From contig JANNWY010000304.1 in assembly GCA_031409335.1 (NCBI GenBank), positions 1 to 64,000 on the forward strand: 64,000 nt of DNA. The letters are read 5' to 3'. The first letter of the stretch is position 1; each line of letters begins with the position of its first letter. The stretch comes from Chthoniobacteraceae bacterium (GTDB lineage: Bacteria; Verrucomicrobiota; Verrucomicrobiia; Chthoniobacterales; Chthoniobacteraceae). The notes under the pieces were generated by a model, which was given only the letters and a program-made list of their open reading frames with translations, did no database searches and had not been told where the DNA came from. A program made the translations under genes and the position numbers. This document shows positions 8,204 through 19,705 of the stretch, piece by piece.

Positions 8204-11182
8204 TCACTTTGCTGCGGGCAGCGCCGCGATCTCGCGCTGCAAGGCCTCGTGCGCGGCCTGGTCTCCGACGGCCACGAGGATTTCGTCGAGCACAGTGAAG
8301 GCGGAGCGGCGGGTCTTCGCATCCCAGTCGGGATGGCTCCGGCACAAGGCAACCGCCTCCTCGGCCAGCGGTCGCGCTTCGGCGAATTTCTTCTGCGCCG
8401 AGAGCGCGTCTGCGAGATTGATAAGCGATGGCGCTGTGTCGGAATGTTCCCCGCCCAACAATTTCCTTTGCATCGCCAGTGCCTCGCGGTGGGCCGCTTC
8501 GGCCTTGGCGAACTTGTCCTGGTCCCTGAGATCGCAGCCCAGATTGTAGAGCACGCTGGCCACCCGGGGATGTTCCGCACCGAGTAACTTCCTGCGCATG
8601 GCCAGCGCCTCACCGGCCATCGTTTCGGCCTCGGCGAGCTGGCCTGGGGCTCGGAGCACGGAGGCCAGGCCGCAGAGCGACTGGGCGACGTCGGAGTGTT
8701 CCGCACCCAGCACCTTTCTTTGCATCGCCAGTGCCTCACGGTAGATCGGTTCCGCCTCTGCGTCCTTGCCTTGGGTAGCGAGCACATTGGCGAGGTCGCC
8801 GAGCGAGCCGGCCACATCGCGATGTTCCGCACCCAGCAGTTTGCGCCGCATCGCCAGCGCCTGACGGTACATAGTTTCCGCTTCGGCATCCTTGCGCTGG
8901 GCATAGAGCACGGAGGCCAGGCTGCTGAGCGAGTGGGCCACTTCGGAATGTTCCGCACCCAGCAGCATCCTGCGCACTTCCAGCAGCTCCCGGTTCCGCG
9001 ATTCCGCTTCCGCATGCTTGCCCTGGGCCTCGAGAGCCAGCGTCAGGTTATGGAGCGAGACGGCGACATCGGGATGTTCCGCACCCAGCAACTTCCGTTG
9101 CATCGCGAGCGCGTCCCGGCCAATCGCTTCGGCCGCGGCGTGCTTGCCTTGGGCAGCGAGCACGGCAGCCAGCCCGGCCCGAGATGAGGCAACGTCGCGA
9201 TGGTCCAGTCCCAGATGCATTTTCCTCATCGCCAGCGCCTCCCGGTGCATCGTTTCGGCTTCCGAGTGCCTGCTCTGGCCAGAGAGGACGCCCGCCAGGT
9301 CGGCGAGCGAGGCGGCCACCTCGGGATGTTCCGGCCCCAGCAAACTCTTTCGCATCGCCAACGCCTCCCGGTGCAACGCTTCGGCCTCCTCCAGCCTGCC
9401 CTGTGAATCGAGGGTGTTTGCCAGGCTATTGAGCGTGGTGGCCACCGCGCGATGTTCGGTCCCCAGCAACTTCCTGTTCATCGCCAGCGCTTCACGGTGC
9501 ATCGCTTCGGCCTCCGCATGATTGCCCTGCGCATCGAGGACGACCGCCAAGTTGTGGAGCGAGATGGCCACTTCGCGATGCTCCGCACCCCTCGACTTCC
9601 TCTCCATCGCCAGCGCTTGCCGGTAAAGCGATTCCGCCGCCGCGTAGTCCCGAAACTCTACGTAAACGCTGGCAATGTTGTTGCGGAGCACGCTTGCGAC
9701 CTCGGGCTCCCCCTTGAGATCCTTGTCGAGGCGCGCGGCGGATTTCTCGAGAATCTCCTGCAGCATCGTCGGGTCACGGCCCTGCGCCGCTGACGACCCG
9801 ATGTCACGGAGCATTTGTATTAGAAAAGCGGCAGTCTTGTTGCTGGTCTTCAAACGCGACTCCGCGACCAAATAGAGTAATGACGAAACCACGAAGCCGA
9901 CGAGCAGCGTGAGGGGAATCAAGGTGCCGGCGGCGAAGGCGAGTTTGTTGCGCTTCACCATCCGGCGGAAGCGATAGAGGCGGCTCGGCGGGCGGGCCAG
10001 CACCGGCTCGAAGGTGAGGTGGCGGCGCAGGTCTTCCGCCAGCGCGGTCGCGCTGTCGTAGCGGCGCACGCGATCTTTCTCCAGCGCCTTCATCACGATC
10101 CAGTCGAGATCACCGCGCAGGAGGCCGGTTAGTTTTGCGCCATCGGACTGGCGGTGCCGGGCGACATCGGTGCGGGCGTCGGCGGCGAGGGTTTGCAGGG
10201 CGGTCGAAGGCTTCACCGGCTCCTGCTCGCGGATGATGCGGCGGATTTCATCGAGGCCTGCGCGCTGCATGGTCTCCGCGTCGAAGGGCGTGCGGCCGGT
10301 GAGCAGTTCGTAAAGGAGCACGCCGAGCGAATAGATGTCGCTGCGCGTGTCGATATCGAGGCCGCTCATCTCGGCCTGCTCGGGCGACATGTAGAGCGGG
10401 GTGCCGACCATTTGCTGGAATTGCGTGAAGAGCGTGCGCTCGGTGAGCCGCGCCTGCGTGGCCTTGGCGACGCCGAAGTCGATGACCTTCGGCACGGGCA
10501 CGCCGTCGTGCAGCGTGACGAGGATGTTCGACGGTTTGAGGTCGCGGTGGATGATCCCCTTTTGATGCGCGTGCTGCACCGCCTGGCAGACGTGGATGAA
10601 GAGCGCGAGCCGCTCCGCCGTCGCCAATTCCTGCTGATCGCAGTAGTCCGTGATCTTCACCCCGCGCACCAATTCCATCACAAAAAACGGACGCCCATAC
10701 TGCGTCGCGCCCGCGTCGAAAACCTTCGCGATGTTCGGATGCTCCATCATCGCCAGCGCCTGCCGCTCCTGCTCAAAACGCGCGATGACTTCCTTCGTAT
10801 CCATCCCCATCTTGATGATCTTCAAAGCCACCCGCCGCCGCACCGGTTGCTCCTGCTCCGCCATCCACACGACGCCAAACCCGCCCTCGCCGATTTGCTG
10901 GAGCAGCTTGTACAGGCCGATGCGTTCGCCGGCTTCCTCTGGCTTGAGGCGGGCGAGTTCACGCTCGATGTCGGGGTCGAGCGGCGGGGCGTCCATGAAG
11001 CCGGGGGCTTCGCGCGAGGCGAGGAGGCGCTCAAGGCGGGCGCGCAAATCGAGCCGGTCTCCGCACGCGGAGTCGAGATAGGTGCCGCGTTCGTGCGCCG
11101 GGAGGGCAGCGGCGGCTTGGAAGATTCGCTCCTCGCTTGGTGGGGGCGGGTTCATGGGCGTGAGGTCTCTGCTCATACCCAT
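8204..11182 (-). CDS. Ser/Thr protein kinase with a transmembrane helix and about 10 TPR repeats
   Basis: [42 protein letters not shown]; hydrophobic segment [27 protein letters not shown]; repeats ..[15 protein letters not shown].. Start may be 11182, 11176 or 11155. Confidence 0.95.
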   Translation of the reverse strand: MGMSRDLTPMNPPPPSEERIFQAAAALPAHERGTYLDSACGDRLDLRARLERLLASREAPGFMDAPPLDPDIERELARLKPEEAGERIGLYKLLQQIGEGGFGVVWMAEQEQPVRRRVALKIIKMGMDTKEVIARFEQERQALAMMEHPNIAKVFDAGATQYGRPFFVMELVRGVKITDYCDQQELATAERLALFIHVCQAVQHAHQKGIIHRDLKPSNILVTLHDGVPVPKVIDFGVAKATQARLTERTLFTQFQQMVGTPLYMSPEQAEMSGLDIDTRSDIYSLGVLLYELLTGRTPFDAETMQRAGLDEIRRIIREQEPVKPSTALQTLAADARTDVARHRQSDGAKLTGLLRGDLDWIVMKALEKDRVRRYDSATALAEDLRRHLTFEPVLARPPSRLYRFRRMVKRNKLAFAAGTLIPLTLLVGFVVSSLLYLVAESRLKTSNKTAAFLIQMLRDIGSSAAQGRDPTMLQEILEKSAARLDKDLKGEPEVASVLRNNIASVYVEFRDYAAAESLYRQALAMERKSRGAEHREVAISLHNLAVVLDAQGNHAEAEAMHREALAMNRKLLGTEHRAVATTLNSLANTLDSQGRLEEAEALHREALAMRKSLLGPEHPEVAASLADLAGVLSGQSRHSEAETMHREALAMRKMHLGLDHRDVASSRAGLAAVLAAQGKHAAAEAIGRDALAMQRKLLGAEHPDVAVSLHNLTLALEAQGKHAEAESRNRELLEVRRMLLGAEHSEVAHSLSSLASVLYAQRKDAEAETMYRQALAMRRKLLGAEHRDVAGSLGDLANVLATQGKDAEAEPIYREALAMQRKVLGAEHSDVAQSLCGLASVLRAPGQLAEAETMAGEALAMRRKLLGAEHPRVASVLYNLGCDLRDQDKFAKAEAAHREALAMQRKLLGGEHSDTAPSLINLADALSAQKKFAEARPLAEEAVALCRSHPDWDAKTRRSAFTVLDEILVAVGDQAAHEALQREIAALPAAK

Positions 11183-11242
11183 ACATGCGTAAAAAGCCGA
11201 GCTTTCCTCTCATTGCGGGGAAAGATTTTCGGCGGCTGGCAA

Positions 11243-11407
11243 TCCGGGTAGCACGCTCGTCCCGAGCGTTGGTTTTTGCGTCTCGCCGAAACGAACTTCC
11301 TAGACCGTTCTTTCGAGATGGAGCGTAAGATTTACAGGCAACGCGTTTTGAAAGTCCAAGAAGGCAGGACGCCTTCGCCAACGCTCGGGACGAGCGTGCT
11401 ACCCGGA
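11243..11407. repeat. REP/MITE-like palindromic element, family A copy 2
   Basis: tccgggtagcacgctcgtcccgagcgttgg ... ccaacgctcgggacgagcgtgctacccgga, a perfect ~30-bp inverted repeat; shares internal ccgaaacgaacttcc with copy 1. Confidence 0.87.
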
Positions 11408-11430
11408 AAGCACTGCCGCGCGTTCACTCT

Positions 11431-12591
11431 TTAATACACGTCCCGCTTGTAGCGCTTCTCTTTCTTCAGCGAGTCGAAGTATTCCTTTGCCTGCTCGGGC
11501 GTTTTGCCGCCGTGGACTTCGGCGATCTTGAGCAGTGCGGAATCGACATCCGTTGCCATCCGGGTTTTGTCGCCACAGACGAAAAAGTCCGCGCCTTCCT
11601 GAAGCCATGCCCAGATGTCCGCGCCGCGTTCTTCCATGCGATGCTGCACGTAGATCTTCCGCTCCTGATCGCGGGAAAACGCGAGATCGAGCCGCAGCGC
11701 GCCGTCGTTCACCCATTTCGTAAATTGATCGCGATAGAAAAAATCCTGCGCCTCGCGCTGTTCGCCGAAGAACAGCCAGTTCTTCCCCGTCGCGCCACTG
11801 ACGAGCCGTTCTTCCACAAACGCGCGGAACGGCGCGACTCCGGTGCCCGGCCCGACCATGATGATGGGTTTCGCTTTATCCGGCGGCAGAAAGAAATGTT
11901 TCTGCTGCGATTGGATGAAAACGCCCGCGGTTGTATCGCCCTCCCAGCGTTCCGCCAAAAACGTGGACGCCACGCCTTTTCGCGCGCGCCCGCGGATCGC
12001 ATATTTCACCGTCGCGACCGTGAGATGCACTTCCTCGGGATGCGCATTCAGGCTGGAGGCGATCGAGTAAAGGCGCGGCGGCAGCTTGCGCAGCAGCTTC
12101 ACAAATTCCTCCGGCTCGAAGCGCACTTGCGGGAAACTCCGCAGCATGTCCACGTAGTCGTTGCATTCATTTTTCCCGGTCAGGAATTTCTTCAAATCAT
12201 CCGCCTTCTCCGGCGTGAGCAGCGGTGCGAGATCGCTCGCGCCTTTCGTCACGCAGGCTTCGATGAATTTCTTGTCGGCAAATGTGATCGCGTAATCGCT
12301 GAAGAGCGCGTCACGCAGCGGCTTCGGCGTGCCGTCGCGCCCGGTCACCGGTTCGTCGCCTTTTGCGCCGAGCGCGGCCACGAGTTCATCGGCGAGCGCG
12401 GGACAATTCGTGACGACCAGGCCGAGCGCGTCGCCCGCGATGTAATTCAGCCCTGAACCGGCGAGCGAGATTTCGTGATGGCGCGTGTCTTTCTCCGAAG
12501 CATCGCCCGTCAGCTTCACGTTGGTTTTGTGACGCGCGGGGAAGGGGTTCTTGTTCGAGTAGGGAGAAGCGGGAGCAGTTTCGGTGGACAT
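11431..12591 (-). CDS. Sulfite reductase flavoprotein-like FAD/NAD(P)H oxidoreductase (CysJ-like, no flavodoxin domain)
   Basis: RLYSIAS, GVASTFL, IIMVGPGTGVAPFR, NWLFFG, LDLAFSRDQ...KIYVQ, VCGD, C-terminal RYKRDVY. Confidence 0.9.
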   Translation of the reverse strand: MSTETAPASPYSNKNPFPARHKTNVKLTGDASEKDTRHHEISLAGSGLNYIAGDALGLVVTNCPALADELVAALGAKGDEPVTGRDGTPKPLRDALFSDYAITFADKKFIEACVTKGASDLAPLLTPEKADDLKKFLTGKNECNDYVDMLRSFPQVRFEPEEFVKLLRKLPPRLYSIASSLNAHPEEVHLTVATVKYAIRGRARKGVASTFLAERWEGDTTAGVFIQSQQKHFFLPPDKAKPIIMVGPGTGVAPFRAFVEERLVSGATGKNWLFFGEQREAQDFFYRDQFTKWVNDGALRLDLAFSRDQERKIYVQHRMEERGADIWAWLQEGADFFVCGDKTRMATDVDSALLKIAEVHGGKTPEQAKEYFDSLKKEKRYKRDVY

Positions 12592-12675
12592 GGCGAAGAG
12601 AGACTAAGCGGTCGCGCGCGATGCCTGCAAGCTCGCGCAAATGGCATCCGCGTTACCCTTCAACTCCGCTGCGGA

Positions 12676-15600
12676 TCAGAAAGTCAGCACCACGCGGTAA
12701 AACGAATCTGTCCCGCCGGATGTATCGGTGAATGTCGCAATCGCTCCGGCTGGTGCAGGCACGGTTGCGATGTTTTGCCAAGCGGCAGGATGGAGTGTCG
12801 GTGCGCGCTGGATGGTGAATGTGCGGCCCGGCGCGCTGGGCCAGGTGAGCGTGATGCCGCCGGGTGCCTTTGTCGCGGCGGCGCGGAAGGATTGCGCGCC
12901 GTTGCGCGGGTCGAGGGCGAGCAGGTATTCGACGCGGTTCGCGGTGCCATCGGCGTCGGCGTCGGCGTCTTGCGCGGCGTCGGTGGCGTCCCAATAGGAA
13001 AAGCCGTTCGCGATTTCCCACGTGTCGCGCATTCCATCGCCGTCGGTGTCGGGATCGGGCGCGGTGCCAGGGCGCTCGGCGGTGAGCTCGAAATTGAAGC
13101 TGATGTCGCTGCTGTCCGCCGCCTGCTGGTGGATTTCGACGGCGAGCACGTTCACGCCTTCGACGAGATTGGCCGCGTTCAGAACTTTGGTGATTTGCAC
13201 GGCTTCGGATGCGCCGCTGATGCTGTTCGTCGCGGGAGTGCCGGGGCCTGCGTTTGCGATGAGATTGTCGCGCCAGATTTCCACGCCGTTGAGGTAAACG
13301 GCGACGCCGTCATCGCGAATCATCCGCGCCGCGAGCGCGGTGATTTGCGCGGCGTTCGCGACGGTGAAAGTGCGGCGGAACCACGTCGTGATGTAGCGAT
13401 TCGTGTCGCCGGAATTGTAGCCGGGTGTGGGATTGTCCTCGACGATCCGGGCCTCGTCGCCGTCGCCGTAGCCGAGTTCGCCGGGACCGCTGGACCATGC
13501 CGAGTCGTCGTAGAAAAGCTGCGTCCAAGTTGCGGGCGGCGCGACGTTGTTGTCGCGGTAGCGCCACGTCGCGCCCCACGGGCTGAGGATGACGGGCACG
13601 GTGCCGAGTCCGGTGATGAGGATGGGAATGGACGTGGTGCTGGAGAAGGCGTCGTCGATGATGCGCGCCGTGAGCAGGTGGTCTCCCGCGCTCATGTTTG
13701 TTACTGCGAGTGCGTACGGCGCGGCCGTGTCTTCGCCAAGTTTCACGGAGCAATCGTAAAATTCCACGCGCACGATTTGTCCGTCGGCATCCGAGGCGTT
13801 GGAGGTGATGGTGAACGCGCCCGGCGGAACAAAAGTTGTGAGATGCGCGGGCGAGGTGATCGCGACGAGCGGGGGCTGGTTCGCGGTGTTCGCGCGGCCT
13901 GGCGTGAGGCCGAGTCCCTGCCAGTTCACCGGCTCCAGCGCGAGCGCGGTTCCGCTGATGCGCTGGAGCGCGGGGCCGCTGCCGTCGGCGCTGACCGGCC
14001 ACGGCGACTTGTCGTTGAAGCGCACGCTTTCCAGCGCCACGAACGCGCCGATCGTCGCGGTGCTCGGGCGTTCGAGCGAAAGGCGTTCGCCGCCATCGTC
14101 GAGAAAGCCGGCGACGGTCCGAGAATGGGCACCGCCGCAGGCACGGCGTGGCGCGCGCGAAATGCGGCGGGGTCGTCCGCGACGACGAGCAGGAAGCCAT
14201 TTGCGGGAATCTGCGTGCCGCCGGGGAACGTGTAGCCGAACCCTTCCAGCCGCCATCCGCCGATGTTCGCCGCGGTGCCGGTGATGTTTCGCAACTCAAT
14301 CATCTCCGCGTAACCTACGGGCGGGTGATACCAGATTTCATTGAGCACCACGGGACCGATTTGCGGCACTGCCACGACCGCGCCAGGCGTCGCGGCAGTG
14401 AGCGGCACGAGGTGTTCTTCGCCCGCCGAATCCACCACGCGACCGAGACTCATCCCGCCATCCGTCGGCCCGAAAGTCCACGAATGAGACCAACCGGTGA
14501 GCGCGCCATTCGCGGCGAAAAGGAACACCGATCCGCCCGCCTCGCTCAGCGCAAAGCCGAGCGACGCCGCGGTGAAATGGACCGCGCCATTCGCGGGGAT
14601 GAAGACATTCGCGGCGATGAGGGCGCGCGTCGGATTGAGAATGGTGTCGCTCAAAAACCAGCCGCCGACATTCACCGCCGCGCCGGTCGGATTGTGCAGT
14701 TCGATGAAACCCGACGCGCCAGGCTGGATTTCGCCAATCACGATTTGCGGCGTCGTGGGCGCGGGATCCGCCGCGCCGGGCGAGCCGTAAAGCGTCGCGC
14801 TCGCGCGCCAGCGCCGTGCTTCATCGGGCGCGGGAAAAGTCGCGGGCGCGAGATTCACGATCGAGAAGCCGAGCCCCGCCGCGGTCGCGGGCCAAGGCGG
14901 CGCGTTGTTGTAAGTAAGCGACCAGACGATGCCGCCGCCCGGTGCGGTGAGCGTCAGCTTTTCGCCGTTGTTGTCGAGTTTCCCGGAAAAAGTGAGCGCG
15001 ACCGGCACACCGGGATAACGCGTGCTGAACGCGGCGGGATTGCGCGCGGCGACGAGATACGCGCCGGGCGCAAGCGTGGTGCCGGTGGCGAAGGTGCCCG
15101 CGATTCCTTCGGTGAAGCCGACTCCGCCGAGGTCGAGCGGTTTGCTTCCGGTGTTCGTGAGTTCGATGAATTCAAACTCCGCACCGTCCGTCGCGCCGCT
15201 ACCGGGCGCGTCGAACAGGATTTCGCCCACCGCGAGCCGCGTGAAATCCTGCGTTAGAAAATAGTCCGCCTCGACAAGCGGACTCCAGTTCGCGCCATCC
15301 CGCACGCGCGCACGCAGCCGCACGCCGTTCAGCAGCGTGAGCGGTCCCGACCACACTTGCGCCGCCGGATTCAACACCCCGCCGAAGCCGCGCGGATCCA
15401 CGCCATTCAGTGTGTAGTAGATCATCCCGACGACTGGATTTTGCGTGAGCGAAACCACGGTGCCCGTCGCGACCGCGCCCGGCAGCGGCGAGACATCGGG
15501 CGCGGCGAGCGCGGGGAAATATCCGCGCGCACGAAGTTGTGAGAGCACGATATCCGTCCGCGCGGGGAACCACGAGGTGCGGAAAAAATTGATGCGCGGC

Positions 15601-18600
15601 AGCCAGTGCGCATCGCGCGTGAGCGGCGTGCCACTCGCGGCGTCGCCCCAGCGCGCCGACTCGCCGATCACCGCCTGGTCGATCTCCGCCGCGCGTGCAT
15701 TCCAGATGGCGAGCTGACTCGCCGCGGTGTACGCGCCCGCGCCGAAGCAATGCTTCTGCACGCGATCCGCGAAGAGCACGCGGAACTCCGCGTTCGCCAT
15801 GCACTTTTCCCACATCCGCAGCGGATTCGCTTTCGTGAGCGCGGTGCCGATGGAAGCCGGCGGGCCGGTCACGTCGTTGTTCACGCCGAACATCGAATAC
15901 TCCGCATCGTGCGAGAGGAATCGCCAGCCCGCGCGGCCATCGCGCGGACGCACGGCGAAGAAATTGTTTGGCTCGTTGCAACTGTAGCAGACCGGCCCGT
16001 CCTCGTTATCAAGGATGAAATTCATCAGGATGTAGTCGCAAAGATTCGCGGCATCGAGATGGATGGGCAGCGCGGGATTGCGTGTGCCGTCGGGATGGTT
16101 TCCGAGCAGCGCCTGGAGCGCGGCATCGCTGGCCACGCCAGCCTCGGTGAGCGTGAAGAGCTGTGCCCACGCGTCGCCAGTTCCGTCGGCGGCGACCGTG
16201 TTAAAGGCATCGACTTTCATTACGTCGTAGTCCGTATCGGCCCCGCCGAAATAGGCTGCGGCGTAGCTCTGGTTCACGCGCTCCTCCGTATTGTAGAGGC
16301 CCCAATACTGGCCGTTGATGAAGAGGTGGTAGAAACTCCCGCGCGTCGTCGGCTGACCCGCCGCCTGCATGAGATCGCGCGCATACGGATCGGTGACGAA
16401 CGTGGCCTCGCTGCTGCCAAGATACGCCCACGAAAAATCCTGGGACGTGCGCAGATCGACGACATCCTGCTTGTCCGTGCCGCTCGCGCCGTAGAGCGGA
16501 AAGTCGAGTTTCCCCGCGCCATACCGCTCGCGGAAAAACATGCGGAACGAGTGTTTGGGATTGTTCGGATCGCGGGAAAAGTTTCCGCGCATCCGCAGAC
16601 CGCCGTTTTCCTGAAAGCCCGGCGCGCCGCTTGGATTCAGGAGTTCCAGCGAAGCGGGCCGCTCCCACGCATCGCCGTTCTGGCCGGCGTTCGCGTAGAT
16701 GCCGTTGTTCGCGTCGAAGAGGTCCGGGAGTTTCATCACGATGCTGAGCGCGGGGATCGCCTGCAACGCGCCAATCGCGCGCGTTTGATACGGTGCGCCG
16801 GGGCCGATCACGTCCGGGTCCATGCCATAGTCCACGCGATTCGATCCCCAAGTCGCCGGCCAGCCGGGCGGCGTCGCGCCGGTCGGGGATTGCGTGAGCA
16901 CGTCGGCCAGGAAGAGGAACGTGCGCGTCGTGATGTCGCTCGGCGCGAGATTTGGGGCGAACGCGGTCGCGCGCAAAACGGTGGTCGCGCTGATCGTGAA
17001 CGGAGCGACGTACGCGATGCTCGTCGTGATCGGCGGAGTGCCGTCGAGCGTGTAGCGGATGGTCGCGCCCGGCGTGGCGCTCGCGAGCGCGAGCGAAAAC
17101 GGCGCGCTGAAATATCCCGCCGCGACGCTCGGCACCGGCGCGGCGGCGATGCCGGTGAACTCGACGCCGCCATTCGGAGCGCCCGGCGTCGGGATCGCGA
17201 AGAAGCGCGGCTGCGCGCTCGCGTTCAAGCCGTAGCTCAATCCCGGCTGGCTCGCGGGCAGGGGATCGAACGCGGAGACGAGTTCGCGCGGGACGCCGCC
17301 ATTGTAGAGCCGGAGCCGTCCGCCGGTCGGCTTCAGCGAAAAATTCGCATGCAACTCGCCGCTCGCGGGCGCGCGATTTTTTCCGAAAGAAACACGATGA
17401 GGAACTCGCCGGGCGCGAGTGTGCGCGCGGGAAAAATCCATTTTCCCGGCACTGCCGCATCGTCGGTGAGCGCCCAGCCCGCGAGGTTCACCGCAGTCGT
17501 TCCCGTGTTCAGCAGCTCCACCCAATCCTCCAAATCGCCGTCCTGATCCGTCAGCCCGCCGCCGACATTCGCCGCGACGACTTCATTGATGCGCACCGGT
17601 TCGAGCGGCGCATTTGGATCGATCGTGTAACTCCACGCTCCACCCGCAAATGCGACGGGCGGATTTTCCAAATCGACGATCCCATGCGAAGCGGCAAACG
17701 CGACGCTCACCGCGCCCGTCGGCTGCGCCGGAAAAGTAAAACGCCACGCATTTCCACCGAGCGAAGAAACGCCGCTCGCTGGCACAGCGCCCACGAGCAA
17801 ATCCGCCGCGTCCACGCCGGTCACGGGTTCGCTGAAAGCCACGTCGATCTGCGCGAGCGAACGCACTGCCGCGCCCTGCGGCGGCGCGACCGAAGCGATC
17901 AGCGGTGCGGTCGGCCCGGCGTTCAGCGGCGTATCGCGGTCGATTGCGATTTCTGCCGCGGACAGCGCGCGATTGTACACGCGCACCTCGTCGATGCGCC
18001 CCTGCCACCACTCGTCCCACGTCGCATTTCCCCCAAGCCGCAGCGGGCTCGCCGACTGGTCGTACGGACCCGTGCCCGCGAGCGTGGCGACGAGCGCGCC
18101 ATTGCGATACACGCGGACATTTGCCCCGTCGTAAGTCGTCGCGAGATGCGTCCACGTATTCAGCGGCAGCACCGCCCCGCCGCTCGTCTCGCGATACCCG
18201 CCGCCATTAAATCCGCCGCCGCCCATCGCCAAATTGCCCGGCCCCGAGTACAAATAGTAAGCCGCGCCACCCGGCGTCTCTTTCATCACCACCGTGCGAT
18301 ACCCACCGAGCGCCGTCGGATAAACCCACGCCATCACCGTCGCCCCCGTCGTGAGATCGAGCGCGTTCGCATCCGGGATCGTCACCCAATCATTCACGCC
18401 ATCGAAAACCAGCGCGCTCCCATATTTCCCCTGCGCCGTCCATCCCGCACCGCTCAGCGTGCCGACATGCTGCGTCGCGGTGAGGTCCGTGATCGTCGTG
18501 CCCGTGCCTTCATTGCACGGAAACGCGGCGACCAAACCAACCTGTGCGCGAGCGGCGGCGAGCAGCACGAGCAGCGCAAAGAAGACGCGGAACAGGAGCA

Positions 18601-18604
18601 GCAT
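12676..18604 (-). pseudogene. Large secreted LamG / Ig-like / lamin-tail / CotH-kinase multidomain protein, split by two 1-nt frameshifts (pseudogene or sequencing error)
   Basis: Signal peptide at ATG 18604 (MLLLFRVFF), LamG (WTHLATTYDG...IDEVRVYNRAL), lamin-tail domains (INEVVAAN...DWVELLN), IRYTLDG domain, CotH (HLFINGQYWGLYNTEER, HDAE), DTDGDG, C-terminal FYRVV. Three track ORFs join at about 17380 and 14114. Confidence 0.85.
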
Positions 18605-18719
18605 TGCGGAGCATCCAACGCCCAATGCTTCGACATACTCAAGGACTGCTTTGTGTGGCTGGGCGGAAAAGCGAGGAACGGGAACCCACCTCGCGACGCT
18701 CAATTTATTCCCGCGGTAC

Positions 18720-18748
18720 TTGTATCGCGCCTGCCGACTTCGCATCAT
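18720..18748 (+). promoter_or_regulatory. Putative sigma70 promoter, leaderless
   Basis: TTGTAT-17 nt-CATCAT, 6 nt before ATG 18755. Confidence 0.45.
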
Positions 18749-18754
18749 CACGGC

Positions 18755-19705
18755 ATGATTTCCCGTCGCGGTTTCCTCGCCCTCTCGCTTCCCGCCACCG
18801 CTGCCGTCTCATTGCGAGCCGCCGCTGCGCCCCCCGCGCCGACCCTGTCGCCATCGAAGATCAAGCTCGGTATCTCGTCGTATTCCTACTGGCATTTCAA
18901 AACGGAAAAAGTCTCCATCGAAACCGTCATCGACAAGACGGCGCGAGTCGGAGCGGAGGGCGTGGACATTCTCCACCGGCAAATGGATCTCGATGAGTTT
19001 GGCAAACTCGACGCGGCGTCGCACGCCTACTGCACGAAGTTGAAACGTCACGCATTCCGCGCGGGCGTGGATTTGATCTGCCTGTCGATCCACCAGGACT
19101 TCGTGTCGCCGAATCCCGCCGAGCGCCAAAAGTGGATTTCGCACACGGAAAAGTGCATCGAACTCGCGTACGCGATGGGCGTCCCGTGCATCCGGCTGAA
19201 CAGCGGACGTTACAAGACGATCAAGGATTTCGACGCGCTGATGAAGGCGCGCGGCATCGAACCGGTGCCGAAGGAATTCACCGAGGACGACGCTTTCAAA
19301 TGGTGCATCGAATCCATCCAAAAATGCCTGGAGCTGGCGGCGCAGCGCGGCGTGATTCTCGCGCTGGAAAATCACTGGGGCCTCACGAGCCAGCCCGCGG
19401 GCCAGCTCCGCATCTTGAATGCGATCGACTCGCCGTGGCTGGGCGGACTGATGGACACGGGAAATTTTCTCGAAGACCCGTACGACAAGCTGGTCGAAGT
19501 CGCGCCCAAAACGGTTTTCGTGCAGGCGAAGACTTATCCCGGCGGCGGCGAGTGGTACACGCTCGACCTCGACTACAAACGCATCGCGAAAATCCTCCGC
19601 GACGTCGGCTACACCGGATACGTCGCGCTCGAGATGGAAGGCAAGGAAGACCCGGATACCGCCGTTTCAAAGAGCATCGCGATGCTGCGCGAGGCGTTCG
19701 CGTGA
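18755..19705 (+). CDS. Tat-exported sugar phosphate isomerase/epimerase (xylose-isomerase-like TIM barrel)
   Basis: MISRRGFL Tat signal; LALENHWG, MDTGNF, YTGYVALEMEG. Confidence 0.88.
   Translation: MISRRGFLALSLPATAAVSLRAAAAPPAPTLSPSKIKLGISSYSYWHFKTEKVSIETVIDKTARVGAEGVDILHRQMDLDEFGKLDAASHAYCTKLKRHAFRAGVDLICLSIHQDFVSPNPAERQKWISHTEKCIELAYAMGVPCIRLNSGRYKTIKDFDALMKARGIEPVPKEFTEDDAFKWCIESIQKCLELAAQRGVILALENHWGLTSQPAGQLRILNAIDSPWLGGLMDTGNFLEDPYDKLVEVAPKTVFVQAKTYPGGGEWYTLDLDYKRIAKILRDVGYTGYVALEMEGKEDPDTAVSKSIAMLREAFA

Noticed and set aside
17370..17390. Programmed -1 ribosomal frameshift at the A6 run
   Set aside because: No canonical in-frame X XXY YYZ heptamer, and the second break at about 14114 has no slippery sequence; error or decay is simpler.
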